From: Eledone cirrhosa
Taxonomy: Eukaryota
Direction of reading: 5' to 3'
Assembly: GCA_964016885.1 (NCBI GenBank)
Contig: OZ024741.1
Location: forward strand, 166,160,001-166,224,000
DNA length: 64,000 nt
The notes beneath the pieces were generated by a model. It was not told the DNA's origin. It worked only from the letters and a program-made list of their open reading frames with translations, and did not search any database. Within the stretch, counting starts at the first letter, position 1, and the number at the start of each line of letters is the position of its first letter. The position numbers and the translations under genes are program-made. Shown here one piece after another: positions 22,814-35,156 of the stretch.

Positions 22814-23242
22814 GTAAACTTTTTTCAAGTTTCACTTGAAGAGGAAAATGAGGGTGGAGAGGCAAGTGGTGCCTTCTAGCAAGTTTGTTGAAAGGTGGGT
22901 GAATGTAGCGAGAGTGGTCCGAGTGAACGGGACCGCTCTGAATATACGTCTGTAGTTTGAGAGAGGGCGCTTGCCCTGGTGGTCAGGGTGGCCTGGTGGT
23001 CTTTTGTGTGGTTTTCGCCACGAGTAACCCTCGGAGGTTTCCCCCCTATTGGCGAATTTTTCATTGTTTGAATTTTCATTTTTATTGTTTATATATATAT
23101 ATATATGTTTCTATGTCTTTTTTTTTCTTTTCTTATATAAATAATAAAAAATATTTATACGCACAAAACCCACATCGTACCGCCCTGTACCGCCTGTAAT
23201 GTTTTTCTTGATGTCAGCCCTTGTGGCCAATAAAGAAATCAT

Positions 23243-23248
<6 letters not shown>
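22814..23248 (+). mobile_element. 5'-truncated Tx1 element of a related subfamily
   Basis: Encodes FFKFHLKRKMRVERQVVPSSKFVERWVNVARVVRVNGTALNIRL* (ORF2 C-terminus); 3'UTR ends CCCTTGTGGCCAATAAAGAAATC(ATT). Confidence 0.9.
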
Positions 23249-23317
<69 letters not shown>

Positions 23318-23319
<2 letters not shown>

Positions 23320-24314
23320 ATAATAATAATGATTTCATTTATTAGCCACAAGGGCCGACATGTAGGGGACAATATAAAGACAGGAACAGTGGGGGTTTAC
23401 AATAAGGTCGAGTAAAAGTGCACAATGGCAAGACTAATTTAACAATGAAAATATAAAAATATAAAATAAACTATGCATAAATATAACAAAATAAATTCCT
23501 CGATAGGGGGTGGACGACCCTGGGGTGATTCGGGTACCCCACCAATCCTGAACCACCCTGCGCTTCTAGGGCACCCAGGGAGAGCACCCCTCTCCTCAAG
23601 TTAGCCAGCCTATAGGCGCATGGTCAGAGTAGGCCCATTCACACGAGCCATTCTCGCCACATTCACCCACCTTTTAGCAAATGTACTGGGGGGCAGCACT
23701 TCTCTCTCCACCCTCACCTTCCTTTCCAGGTGGAACTTGAAGAAGTTGATGAGGGATTGGTCGAAGAGAAAAGTGTCTGTCTTTAGTCCTTTCAACCTGG
23801 TCCACCATATAATCTCTTTCGCAACTGCCACCAGACAGAGAAACATTTCCTGCTCTTCCTGACCTAAGGAAGACAGTGGATCGATCTTCACTATAGACTC
23901 GGCCGATAGCCGGATTCGTTCTACACGCGACAGTAGCTGTTCGACATAACTCCACAAGTCAGTAATGCACGGACATTGGACAAGTGCGTGCAGAACGGTT
24001 TCGTCGTTCTGTGCGCATCTTGGGCAGGTCCGTCTGACAGCACTTCCGTGCCTGTAGAGTTTATCCCGAACCGGCAGTGCCCCCCGGTAGCACTGCCAAG
24101 CGAGGGATTTCTGGAAATTGTCCATCGTCCCCGGCTCAAAAGTCCTCCGGTACAGACTGGTCAGTTCGACTTCGTCGAGGCCCAAAGCTTCTCCGAGTGC
24201 GTCATCGCTCTTGCCCACCACTAATCCACTATAGAACTCGAGAGTGGAAGCTCCACTGATCGCATTGCCCGCTTGGTAGAGGGCAGTGAGTGCCTCGCAA
24301 CTTCCAGGTGCCAG
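23318..24314 (-). mobile_element. 5'-truncated Tx1 element (ORF2 C-terminus 23610-24221)
   Basis: MDNFQKSLAWQCYRGALPVRDKLYRHG...CPRC homologous to the array ORF2; (ATT)n tail on the minus strand. Confidence 0.92.
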
Positions 24315-24501
24315 ATTGTTTCTACTTTAGGCACAAGGCCAGCAATTACCCAGTGCATTACTGGTACTTTATTTTATCGACCCCGTAAGGATGAAAGGCA
24401 AAGTCAACCTCGGCAGGATTTGAACTCAGATCGTAAAGGGACGAAACTATGCTGGAAAGCATGGCGTCCGACACTCTACTGATACTGCCAATCCACCGCC
24501 C
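24315..24501 (-). mobile_element. tRNA-derived SINE (family 1), full length
   Basis: A-box-like TGGCAGTATCAGT, B box GAGTTCAAATCC, body TTTGCCTTTCATCCTTACGGGGTCGATAAAATAAAGTACCAG; several copies in the window. Confidence 0.88.
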
Positions 24502-24552
<51 letters not shown>

Positions 24553-27500
24553 TTTCATTTATTGGCCACAAGGGCCGACATATAGAGGACAATACAAAAG
24601 ACTGGGACAGTGGGGTTTTACAGAAAAATCGAGTAAACAATATGAATAACAATAACAAAATAACAAGAAAAATGCAAAAAAATTCCCCAATAGGGGGGAT
24701 GACCACCCAGGGTTCGCTCAGGTACCCCACCAATCCTGAACGACCCGACGCTGCGAGAGCACCCTGGAAGAGCACCCCTCTCCTCCTCAAATTTACCCAC
24801 CTACAGGCGCATGACCAGAGTAGGCCCACTCACACGGGCCATTCTCGACACATTCACCCACCTTTTAGCAAATGTACTGGGGGGAAGCACTTCTCTACCC
24901 ACCCTCACCTTCCTTTCCAGGTGAAACTTGAAGAAGTTGATGAGGGATTGGCCGAAGAGAAAGGTGTCTGTCTTCAGTCCTTTCAACCTCGTCCACCATA
25001 CAACCTCTTTCGCTACTGCCACAAGACAGAGGAAAATTGCCTGCCCTTCCTGGCCAAAAGAAGGCGGTGGGTCGATCTTCACTATGGACTCGGCTGATAG
25101 CCGGATCCGTTCTACACGCGACAACAGCTGTTCAACATAACTCCACAAGTCAGTAATGCACGGACACTGGACGAGTGCGTGCAGAACGGTTTCGTCGCTC
25201 TGCGCGCATCTCGAGCAGGTCCGTCTGACAGCACTTCCGTGCCTGTAGAGTTTTTCTCGAACCGGCAGTGCCCCCCGGTAGTACTGCCAAGCGAGGGATT
25301 TTTGGAAATTATCCATCGTCCCCGGCTCGAAAGTCCTCCGGAAGTTCCACTTCGTTGACTATCAGAGCCTCTCCAAGTGTGTCGTCGCACTTGCCCACCA
25401 CTAATCCTCTCTAGAACTCGAGAGTGAAAGTTCCACTGACCGCATTGCCCGCCTGGTAGAAGGCAGTGAGTGCCTGGCAACATTCCAGATGCCAGTCACC
25501 CAGTCTCGGTCTCTTCTTGACCCAGGACTGCAGTTCAGTCAAAGAGACGAGCTGCGGAAAGGCCCGTCTGACAAACGGCGACCACACCTGTTCACCGTTT
25601 AGGCAGAATATCTGTAAATGCCGCAGCCTCAGCGCGTGTCTGCGCATCATTAGCCGCGGCATGCCCACCTCTCCACGTAGAGGGTGCTGGCAGCAGATGG
25701 ACCGCCTCACCAACGGAACCTGACCCCTCCACAAGAATTTGAAGAGGAGCCGCTCCAAGGTGGCGAGGCGCGAACGGGGGCAAAGGACGACGGTCAGACG
25801 GTAGTAGAATACGGACACAATGTGCGCGTTAACCACCTCTGCCCGACCTTTCAGTAATAGCTATCTCGCAGCCCATTTCTGGGTGAGACTGGCTACCCTG
25901 TCCATCACCTCGTTCCAATTCTTATCCACCTGGAGGTCTGGCCCGAACCAAACCCCGAGCAACTTTACCGCTCCATCCGTCCAGTGCCTAACGACGCTGT
26001 TTGACGGCATTGACTTGCTTCTCCAGGTGCCGAGTTGCAAGCCCACCGACTTTTCCGGGTTAAGTTTTGCTCCCGTCAACCTTTCATATTCCTCCAATAA
26101 CTTCTCGACCACCTCGATTTCTGAGGTGTCCGACACCATCACAGTGATGTCGTCCGCATAAGCCGACACAGCCTTTTCGCGTCCCAGTTCGTGCGGGATG
26201 CCCTGCAACAGCTCCACCTTCCGCAGTAAAGGCTCGAGAGCCAATACGTACAGAAGGGAGGAGAGAGGACACTCTTGACGGACCGATCGGGAGACCTGAA
26301 ACGGTTCCGAGAGGTGGCCATTAATTTTGACCATCGAGCAGGTGCCGCTGTGCATTGCAGCGATCCAGCTTCTGAAGACGGGGCCGAAGCCAGCCGCCTT
26401 GAGGACAGCCTCCAGGTACCGATGGCCGACCCTATCGAATGGTTTCGATTGATCTAAATTGATCAGAGCCCCACCAAAGCCAGGTTTACACCCTACCCTC
26501 TCTATGATGTATCGCATCAGATGCAGGTTGTTTATAGACCTGGTTGAGATTGCGCAAGTTTGCGCCTCCCCAACCAAATCCCCGACGACAAGCGCCAATC
26601 TTTTCGCTAACACCCTGCCCAAAATCTTAAAATCTGTGTTGAGCAGAGTTATGGGCCTGAAATTGTCTAATGTGTCCATTTTGTTCTCGTCTTTCCTTAT
26701 CTGCGTCACTACGCCCCGGCTCACAGAACTGGGAATACTCCCGTTCTGCTGCCAGTTCCAGTAGAGCGCTTCGATGAGATTGGAGAACAAGTCTGGCATA
26801 TTTACGTAAAGCTCGTAGGGCAGACCATCCAAACCGGGTGACTTGCGCCTCATGCAGCCGACAAGAGCATCCCGAATCTCGGCTGAAGTAATCGGCTTTT
26901 CGCAGCGCCCAGCGTCGGCCGTCGAGAGTTGCGGCAAGCAATCGAGGTAGGAACTGAAGTCCGCCACCGTCTCTGACCCGCCACTTCCCCCGAACAACCG
27001 AGCAAAATGTGGGCGAAAGACCTCACACACCCGCTTGGAATCGCTAACCAGGTTCTAACCTACGCGTCTTATCTAGGTCGAACATACAGATCACAAACTT
27101 GTGATCTGAATAGGCGACCGTTTTAAAACGTGGACAGCCTACACTATTTCTGTCTATTTTCCTAATGAATATCCTGTTTATATACGATCTAGATGACCCT
27201 ATGCGGTTATTCCAGGTCCACACTGGCGCATTAGGGAAATCTAGTCGGAACTGGCTGATCAGTTTTTTAAGGCTTTTGCACCCCCCGCTCCTATCGGATA
27301 CTCCCACACAGTCCCAGCGTGCATCTAAGATGCCGTTCCAGTCCCCCGCTAACAGTAAAGTGCGAGACGTACCCAGAAAGGCTTCCAGGCGTCTAAAGAA
27401 GTCCGGCCGTCCTGACCCAGTAGGGGCGTAGACGGCCACCAGTCTAAAGGCATCACCTTCGTTATTGTTCACGTCCAGGATCACCAACTTCCCGTCCAGG

Positions 27501-29980
27501 TCCCGGAAGATCGACCTTACCTCGAGATCCAGGCCTTTCCTAAACAGCACTGCCACCCCGCCTCCCATTCCCGGCCGACTAACAGATGCAAAGATATGAT
27601 AGTCGCCAAAAATGGGGGCTAGTGCGCGCGTGTCGGAAATCCTGGTATCGCTGACGGCAATTACATCCATTTCTAGAGACCTGACGTCGTTGAGCAGGTG
27701 ACCATGCTTCCAGGACGATCCCAAGCATCGAAAATTTAAACTTCCTACTCTTAATACGGCCATGTTGGCAGGCTAAAAGAGAGAGAGGAAAGGTTTACTT
27801 ACCTTCCGAGTACTTGTGAAGGTCGGATGGTTCGACCTCCATAGTTGGTGGGGTTTCTTTTGGGAACCCCTTTAAAAGCCTTGAAGTGGGTTTTACGTCC
27901 CGAGGAAAGCCGTCTCGTATCTCTTTGTATAAATCAAGCGACATTCGCACGAGAAACAAATCTTCCAGCACGCGAAATGTGCTCGATTTAAAAATTTCCC
28001 CCTCTTTTTGTATATCTTCACTTCGTGTTACGAGGGCCATCAGTTCCTTGTTGGCCCTCCTGACGAACACGAAGTTTTGTATGTTTTGTTGGTGTGATTT
28101 TATTTGTTTGCGTGGCTGTAGTGGTGATGGTTTTGGTGTTGTTGTTTCGGTTGTGTCCGTCTTTGTTGTGAGTGCAGTGTCTGTGATTTCAGATGTTTGT
28201 GTGTGTATTTGTTCTTGCGTCTGTTTAGGTTGTTTGCGTTTGGGGATTCTAGTGATGGTGATGGTTGTGTTGATGTTGGTGTTGTTGGGGAGATGTTTGC
28301 GTGGGTGCTGTCTGCATTTTTTACTGTGGGTGTTTTTGTGCTTTGTTGAGTTTTTTTTCTTTTTGTGTTTCCTTTTTTGTATTTTGGGGGATTTTGGTTT
28401 TCCCTCATCTTCACTACTGGTAGATGAGGGGTCTGTGTCTGTAAATGTGTCTGTATCTGTGTGTGTGTTTATGTTTTTATTGATGTGTGTATTTTTGTGG
28501 GAGAGGGGGAATTTGACAACTTTCCTCGTTTCCCCCCTCTGTGGTCAATGTTGCGGTGGTCTTTCTATTGGTGTTGTTGTTGGTGGTTTTGCCGGTGCTG
28601 GTGTTGGTTGTGGTCCTCGCCCCGGCGTCGGCAGCAGTGGAGCCCTTCGACACCTTGCATCTTTCAGCAGTTGAGGGCAGAAGGCTCGCAAATGGGTTTT
28701 TTCCCCACAAACAAAACAATGCGGCCTTTTGCCCTCGGTCATAATATGAATGACCGTACCATTCTGAAGGCGGATGTGGTCCGGGATTGTCTTCACATTC
28801 TCCGGCCTGATCTGGAGAAGTATCTCCAGGTCAACCCCGGACCAGTCCTTTCTGGCAGTTCTTGTCACTTCTATCGGGACGGTATCCGTCCCCTCCACAA
28901 TCGCACATCCCAGAAGCCACCACATGTCAATACCTAGTGGGATTCTGGGAATGCGGAGACGGGCCGTTCTTTTTCCCATGTGGGAGGGGTACATTATAAC
29001 CTTGCTAGTTTTGCAAGGTGTCATAGCGTGTTTCATAGCGAGGGCTTCTGACTTAAACAGCACCGAAATGGTGCCATATTGTCTGCCCCTCGCTATGTAT
29101 TCGGTGTCTTCTCTGATGCCCCTCAGCGTGACTTCGACATCTGCTTGTGGAATTAAAGCTGCCCTTTTGGTTTGTGCTGAGATGCATCTGTAATGCACCG
29201 TTCTGCGCTCCACTGCCTCAATAGCTTCTACCGGGACAGTTAAGTTGGCCCAGGTTTGCTCTTGCTTGATGAGCTTCCAGGCCTGGGCCAACTTTTCATC
29301 TTTGTTTGAGAGGTCCATGTTGAAGCATGGCCTCTTTTTGCCATGCTTCAACTGCCGCAGCGAAAGTGTTCTTGTTGTCATTGGGGGTGTTGTTGTTCTT
29401 GTTTGTGCTGTTGTTATCACTGTCGCTGTTATCATTGTTGTTTTCGGTGCCGCCGTTGTTCTCTGTGTAGTTGGTATTGTTGCTGTTAGTGTTGTCGCTA
29501 TTTGTTTTCATGTTAGTGGTGTTGATATTGTTGTTGCATTTGTCATTATTTCTGTTATCTGTATTTCCGCTGTCGCTGTTACTGTCATTTATTTTAAAAA
29601 TTAGAGTTCTCAGTGTTGTTATCATTGCAATCTTTATTCACATTGTTTGTGGTGGTGTTTGTTGTATCAATTTCTGTTAATTTCGTCGTAACGTTCCTCT
29701 CAATTTTTACGTCGTTGTCGCACGACAGCAGACATATCGCAGGGGGGCGTGACGCAGCTATGTTTTTTTTGGGGGGGGGGGGGTTCTCGATAATTTTTTT
29801 AAATGTAAAAAAGTTCAAATATTTGGGCCAAAAGGCCCAAATATTATACTTTCCCCATTCACAGAGCAAAGTCCAAGGGCTTGTATGCTTTACACAACAA
29901 CAAAAAATTCAATAAATAAGTTTTGACAGGTAAATAAATAAACTTACGAGAGCGAGCAAAAAGACGTCCGTTCAGACCCA
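24502..29980 (-). mobile_element. Decayed near-full-length Tx1 element (divergent subfamily)
   Basis: ORF1 pieces at 27795-29625 (CFVCGEKTHLRAFC); ORF2 pieces at 24801-27763 (EN, YADD, zinc finger) with stops and an in-element deletion at ~27044 between EN and RT; (ATT)n at both ends. Confidence 0.93.
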
Positions 29981-29994
29981 ATAATAATAATAAT

Positions 29995-30181
29995 CGTTTC
30001 TACTTTAGGCACAAGGCCAGCAATTACCCAGTGCATTACTGGTACTTTATTATATCGACCCCGTAAGGATGAATGGCAAAGTAAACCTTGGCGGGATTTG
30101 AACTCAGACCGTAAAGGGACGTAACTACGCTGGAAAGCATGGCGTCCGACTCTCTACCGATACTGCCAATGTACCACCGCT
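29995..30181 (-). mobile_element. tRNA-derived SINE (family 1), full length
   Basis: About 90% identical by eye to 24315-24501; flanked by (AAT)n. Confidence 0.88.
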
Positions 30182-30207
30182 CATAATAATAATAATATAT
30201 ATATATG

Positions 30208-30260
<53 letters not shown>

Positions 30261-30551
30261 GGGGGGAGAGAGAGAGATAGCTAGATAGATATATAGATAG
30301 ATGTATTTGTATGTACGTCTGTATGTGTGTATATGTATGTGTGATGATACTGTATGTGTGGGTAAATGTTAAAAGACTGCAAAACGGGCAATAACCTTGT
30401 TACTGATGTAGCAATAAAATATAAAGTGAATCGTATCAATATTAGGTTATCGATGATATATTTAGATGTGAAATTGTGCAGATTGTCACTGTAACCTGTT
30501 TATGTTGTACAACATATTATTGGGTAGGAACGATGTAAAACATATAGAACC

Positions 30552-32315
30552 AGAGCTAGATATGATGTATAGTAAAGCTAGATCTGGTGTATACTAATTA
30601 GAGCTAGATCTGGTGTATAGTAAAGCTAGATCTGGTGTATACTAATTAGAGCTAGATCTGGTGTATAGTAAAGCTAGATCTGGTGTATACTAATTAGAGC
30701 TCGCTCTGGTGTATAGTAAAGCTAGATCTGGTGTATACTGATTAGAGCTAGATCTGATGTATAGTAAAGCTAGATCTGGTGTATACTAATTAGAGCTAGA
30801 TCTGGTGTATAGTAAAGCAAGATCTGGTGTATACTAATTAGAGCTAGATCTGGGGTATAGTAAAGCTAGATCTGGCGTATACTGATTAGAGCTAGATCTG
30901 ATGTATAGTAAAGCTAGATCTGGTGTATACTAATTAGAGCTAGATCTGGTGTATAGTAAAGCTAGATCTGGTGTATACTAATTAGAGCTAGATCTGGTGT
31001 ATAGTAAAGCTAGATCTGGTGTATACTAATTAGAGCTAGATCTGATGTATAGGAAAGCTAGATCTGGTGTATACTAATTAGAGCTCGCTCTGGTGTATAG
31101 TAAAGCTAGATCTGCTGTATACTAATTAGAGCTCGATCTGGTGTATAGTAAAGCTAGATCTGGTGTATACTAATTAGAACTAGATCTGGTGTATAGTAAA
31201 GCTAGATCTGGTGTATACTAATTAGAGCTAGATCTGGTGTATAGTAAAGCTAGCTCTGGTGTATACTAATTAGAGCTAGATCTGGTGTATAGTAAAGCTA
31301 GATCTGGTGTATACTAATTAGAGCTAGATCTGATGTATAGTAAAGCTAGATCTGGTGTATACTAATTAGAGCTTGCTCTGGTGTATAGTAAAGCTATATC
31401 TGGTGTATACTAATTAGAGCTCGATCTGGTGTATAGTAAAGCTAGATCTGGTGTATACTAATTAGAACTAGATCTGGTGTATAGTAAAGCTAGATCTGGT
31501 GTATACTAATTAGAGCTAGATCTGGTGTATAGTAAAGCTAGATATGGTGTATACTAATTAGAACTAGATTTGGTGTATAGTAAAGCTAGATCTGGTGTAT
31601 ACTAATTAGAACTAGATCTGATGTATAGTAAATCTAGATCTGGTGTATAGTAAAGCTAGATCTGATGTATAGTAAAGCTAGATCTGGTGTATCTTAATTA
31701 GAACTAGATCTGGTGTATAGTAAAGCTAGATCTGGTGTATACTAATTAGAGCTAAATCTGATGTATAGTAAAGCTAGATCTGGGGTATACTAATTAGAAC
31801 TAGATCTGGTGTATAGTAAAGCTAGATCTGCTGTATACTAATTAGAGCTAAATCTGATGTATAATAAAGCTAGATCTGGTGTATACTAATTAGAACTAGA
31901 TCTGGTGTATAGTAAAGCTAGATATGGTGTGTAATAATTAGAGCTAAATCTGGTGTATAGTAATTAGAGCTAGATCTGGTGTATAATAATTAAAGCTACA
32001 TCTGGTGTTTAATAATTAAAGCTAGATCTGGTGTATAGTAATTAGAGCTAAATCGTGTGTATAATAATTAGAGCTGCATCTGGTATATAGTAATTAAAGC
32101 TAGATCTGGCGTATAGTAATTAGAGCTAGATCTGGTGTATAGTAAAGCTAGATATGGTGTGTAATAATTAGAGCTGCATCTGGTGTATAGTAATTAAAGG
32201 TAGATCTGGTGTATAGTAATTAAAGGTAGATCTGGTGTATAATAATTAAAGCTACATCTGGTGTGTAGTAATTACAGCTAGATCTGGTGTATACTAATTA
32301 GAGCTAGATCTGGTG
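30552..32315. repeat. Minisatellite, 48-bp dimer (22+26 nt) grading into 26-bp monomers
   Basis: gctagatctggtgtatagtaaa + gctagatctggtgtatactaattaga; phase recurs every 240 bp (5 x 48). Confidence 0.97.
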
Positions 32316-32332
32316 TTGGATTATTGGTCTAG

Positions 32333-32775
32333 AGAATTAATGATAGCCGCTCAATATTTGGTAGAGTGCCGGATTAAAGGATAGCCGTTCAATATTTGGT
32401 AGAGTGTCGGAATAAAGGATAGCCGTTCAATATTTGGTAGAGTGTCGGATTAAAGGATAGCCGTTCAATATTTGGTAGAGTGCCGGATTAAAGGATAGTC
32501 ATTTAATATTTGGTAGAGTGTCCAATTAAAAAATAGACATTCAATATTTGGTAGAGAGCCGGATTAAATGATAGCTGTTCAATATTTGGTAGAGTGCCGG
32601 ATTAAATGATAGCTGTTCAATATTTTGCAGAGTGCCGGATTAGATGATAACCGTTCAATATTTTGTAGCGTGCCGGATTAAATGATAGCTGTTCAACAGT
32701 TGGTAGAGTGCCTGATTAAACGATATCCGCACTTTATTTAGTAGAGTGCCGGATTAAACGATAGCCGTTCAATAT
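32333..32775. repeat. 38-bp minisatellite, ~12 copies
   Basis: Unit ggattaaaggatagccgttcaatatttggtagagtgcc. Confidence 0.95.
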
Positions 32776-32880
32776 TCTTCTTCTTCTTCTTCTTCTTCTT
32801 CTTCTTCTTCTTCTTCTTCTTCTTCTTCTTCTTCTTCTTCTTCTTCTTTATCATCATCATCATCATCATCATCACCTTCT
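32776..32880. repeat. (TTC)n/(ATC)n microsatellite
   Basis: Direct reading. Confidence 0.98.
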
Positions 32881-32914
32881 TCGCCCACTTATTCATGGGA
32901 GCTCAAGATATATT

Positions 32915-32996
32915 GTATGTAGTTCCGTCTCTTTGAATTCAAATCCCGTCGAACTCAACTTTGATCGTTTCAGAGTCGATAAATAAACAACCAGTG
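32915..32996 (+). mobile_element. Degenerate SINE family 1 body
   Basis: gaattcaaatcccgtcgaactcaactttg...gagtcgataaataaacaaccagt resembles the B box and body. Confidence 0.6.
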
Positions 32997-33163
32997 GAAT
33001 GTTTTCTAGTTCTTTGTATTACTAGAATATTTTTCAACACCCTGACGCGTGTATGAATATATGATAATAAACGCGCAATCACAGACACACTTTCAATAAC
33101 ACATACTCACAGACATACATGTTAGATGCTGTGAGTGTTAGGCGCTTTTTTCTGTAGTTTATC

Positions 33164-33278
33164 ATCACCCCTTCCTTCCTCAGTCATCTCTAGTGCGTGA
33201 CGGCATCACCCCTTCCTTCCTCAATCATCTCTAGCGTGTGACGTTATCGACCATTCCTTCGCCAATCATTGTGTGACG
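33164..33278. repeat. ~41-bp tandem repeat, ~3 degenerate copies
   Basis: atcaccccttccttcctcagtcatctctagtgcgtgacg repeated. Confidence 0.8.
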
Positions 33279-33314
33279 GAAGGATGGACGGAAGTTGCTC
33301 AAATTTATATATAG

Positions 33315-33382
33315 ATGAAGTCAAATGTCGCCGTCGTCTACCAGCTGTCGTGGGAGCGATTGGAACTTCCTCATGTACGCAG
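33315..33382 (+). other. Candidate host exon
   Basis: Bounded by AG|...CAG|GTATAG; open frame EVKCRRRLPAVVGAIGTSSCTQ. Confidence 0.25.
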
Positions 33383-33719
33383 GTATAGTTAACCAGAGCT
33401 GCTCTTGGTAGAACAGATATATAGTATTATATAGTATAAAGGAGCATTGAAACAAAGCCCTAAGAACACACAATACGAGAAATGAAATTTAACATCGAAA
33501 ATGGTATTTCAATGAGATCTCATTCAATGTAATACTTGTGGGAATTCTTATTTTCAGAAATATTTCACATAATAAACACGAAGAAAGAAAGAAATATTAA
33601 ATAATGAAATACGGAAAAGGGGGACGGGGGAAGAAATCCTACATCGCTTGTCTAGGCGTTATCTCTTATCTTCGTACTATAGAAAGAATGGCGAAATCCT
33701 TGCCGCGGAGAAAAACTAG

Positions 33720-34330
33720 CGAGTGCTGGATTAAACAATATTTAGTAGAGTGCCGAATTGAACAATATTTGGTAGAGTGCCGGACTAAATGGTAGTCGCA
33801 CACTATTTGGTAGAATGCCAGAATAAACGATATTTGGTAGAATGCCGGATTAAACAATATTTCGTCGAATGCCGAATTAAACGATATATGGTAGAGTGCC
33901 GGATTAAAAAATATATTGTAGAATGCCGGATTAAATGATATTTGGAATAGTGTCGAATTAAACGATATTTGGAAGTGTGCCGCATTTAACGGTATTTGGT
34001 AGAGTGCCGGATTAAATGATATTTGGAAGAGTGTCGCATTAAACGATATTCGGAAGAGTGCCGGATTAAACGATATTTGGTAGAATGACGGATTAAACGA
34101 TATATGGTAGAGTGCCGGATTAAATAATATCCATTCAATATCTGATTGAGTGCCGGATTAAACTATATTTGGTAGAGTGCTGGTTTAAACGATATCTGGC
34201 AGAATGGCGGATTAAACGATATTTAATAGAATGCCGGATTAAACAATATTTGGTAGAGTGCCCGATTAAAAAATAGCCATTCATTATCTGGTAGAGTGCC
34301 GGATTAAACGGTAGTTGGTAGAGAGCCGGG
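33720..34330. repeat. 27-bp minisatellite, ~22 copies
   Basis: Unit gagtgccggattaaacgatatttggta, i.e. the 38-mer lacking 11 nt. Confidence 0.95.
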
Positions 34331-34495
34331 CTTCTTCATCAAACGGGATATACTCCTTCCGAATTTGCGGGGACAATCGACAATATAGGAACTGAGGACA
34401 CCGGAGATTTCGATGGCTACTGGCACGAAAAGGGAGCGGTCGGTTATATTTCTGCAGCAGTGCCTGGGTTTGTGGCCGAAACGAAAAGATTAGAG
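34322..34495 (+). other. Candidate host exon
   Basis: GC-richer 58-codon open frame ending GAG|GTAAGA; weak acceptor. Confidence 0.3.
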
Positions 34496-34970
34496 GTAAG
34501 AATGCGTCGTAGAACATGGGGTCTCAGATTACAGATTTATCCACCTCTATTATCATCCGATGTCCATGGAGTTCTGCGTCTTTCGTTAGTATTTTTATTT
34601 TAAAAAGTAAATTTTTTTTAGGTCTTCCCTTAAAAAATTGTTTTTCGTTTTGTTTTGTTTCCGCTCGTTATCTTGTCGTCTCTTCGTTAATGTTCAGAAG
34701 TTTATCTACAAATGTGACGAACGTGTTTACCACTTCTCTCTGCATTTATTTCAATGGATTACATTTTTTAACACGATATCTTATTTTCTTCTTCTTGCTT
34801 TTTATCTTCCTTTCTTTTTTCTTCCTCTTTTTCTTTGTTTCATTCATGTCTCGTGCTATGAGGCCCCACACCTTTTCCCTGACGTCACACAAAATTCTGT
34901 GTTTTGTAGCTTAATGGCTAAAATTAATGTCTTGTCTCTCGTCTCTTACTCTACAGGACATTATATAAAT

Positions 34971-35156
34971 TGGATTGGCAGTATCGGTAGAGGGTCGGAC
35001 GTCATGCTTTGGCGCATAGAGTTACGGCCCTTTCCATTCTGAGTTCAAATCCCGCCGAGGTCAACTTTGCCTTTCATCCTTACGGGGTCGATGAAATAAA
35101 GTACCAGTAATGTACTGGGTAATTGCTGGCCTTGTGCCAAAAGTAAAAACAATTAT
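34971..35156 (+). mobile_element. tRNA-derived SINE (family 1)
   Basis: Same A/B boxes, body and 3' end as 24315-24501. Confidence 0.88.

Noticed and set aside
24315-24501. tRNA gene
   Set aside because: A/B boxes are present but there is no cloverleaf; multi-copy with a LINE-like tail, so a SINE.
257-29915. Many short antisense or overlapping ORFs within the Tx1 elements
   Set aside because: Shadows of GC-rich or low-complexity coding sequence, repeated only because the element is repeated; no motifs.
30552-34330. CRISPR-like regular repeats
   Set aside because: No unique spacers and no cas genes; these are plain tandem minisatellites in eukaryotic DNA.
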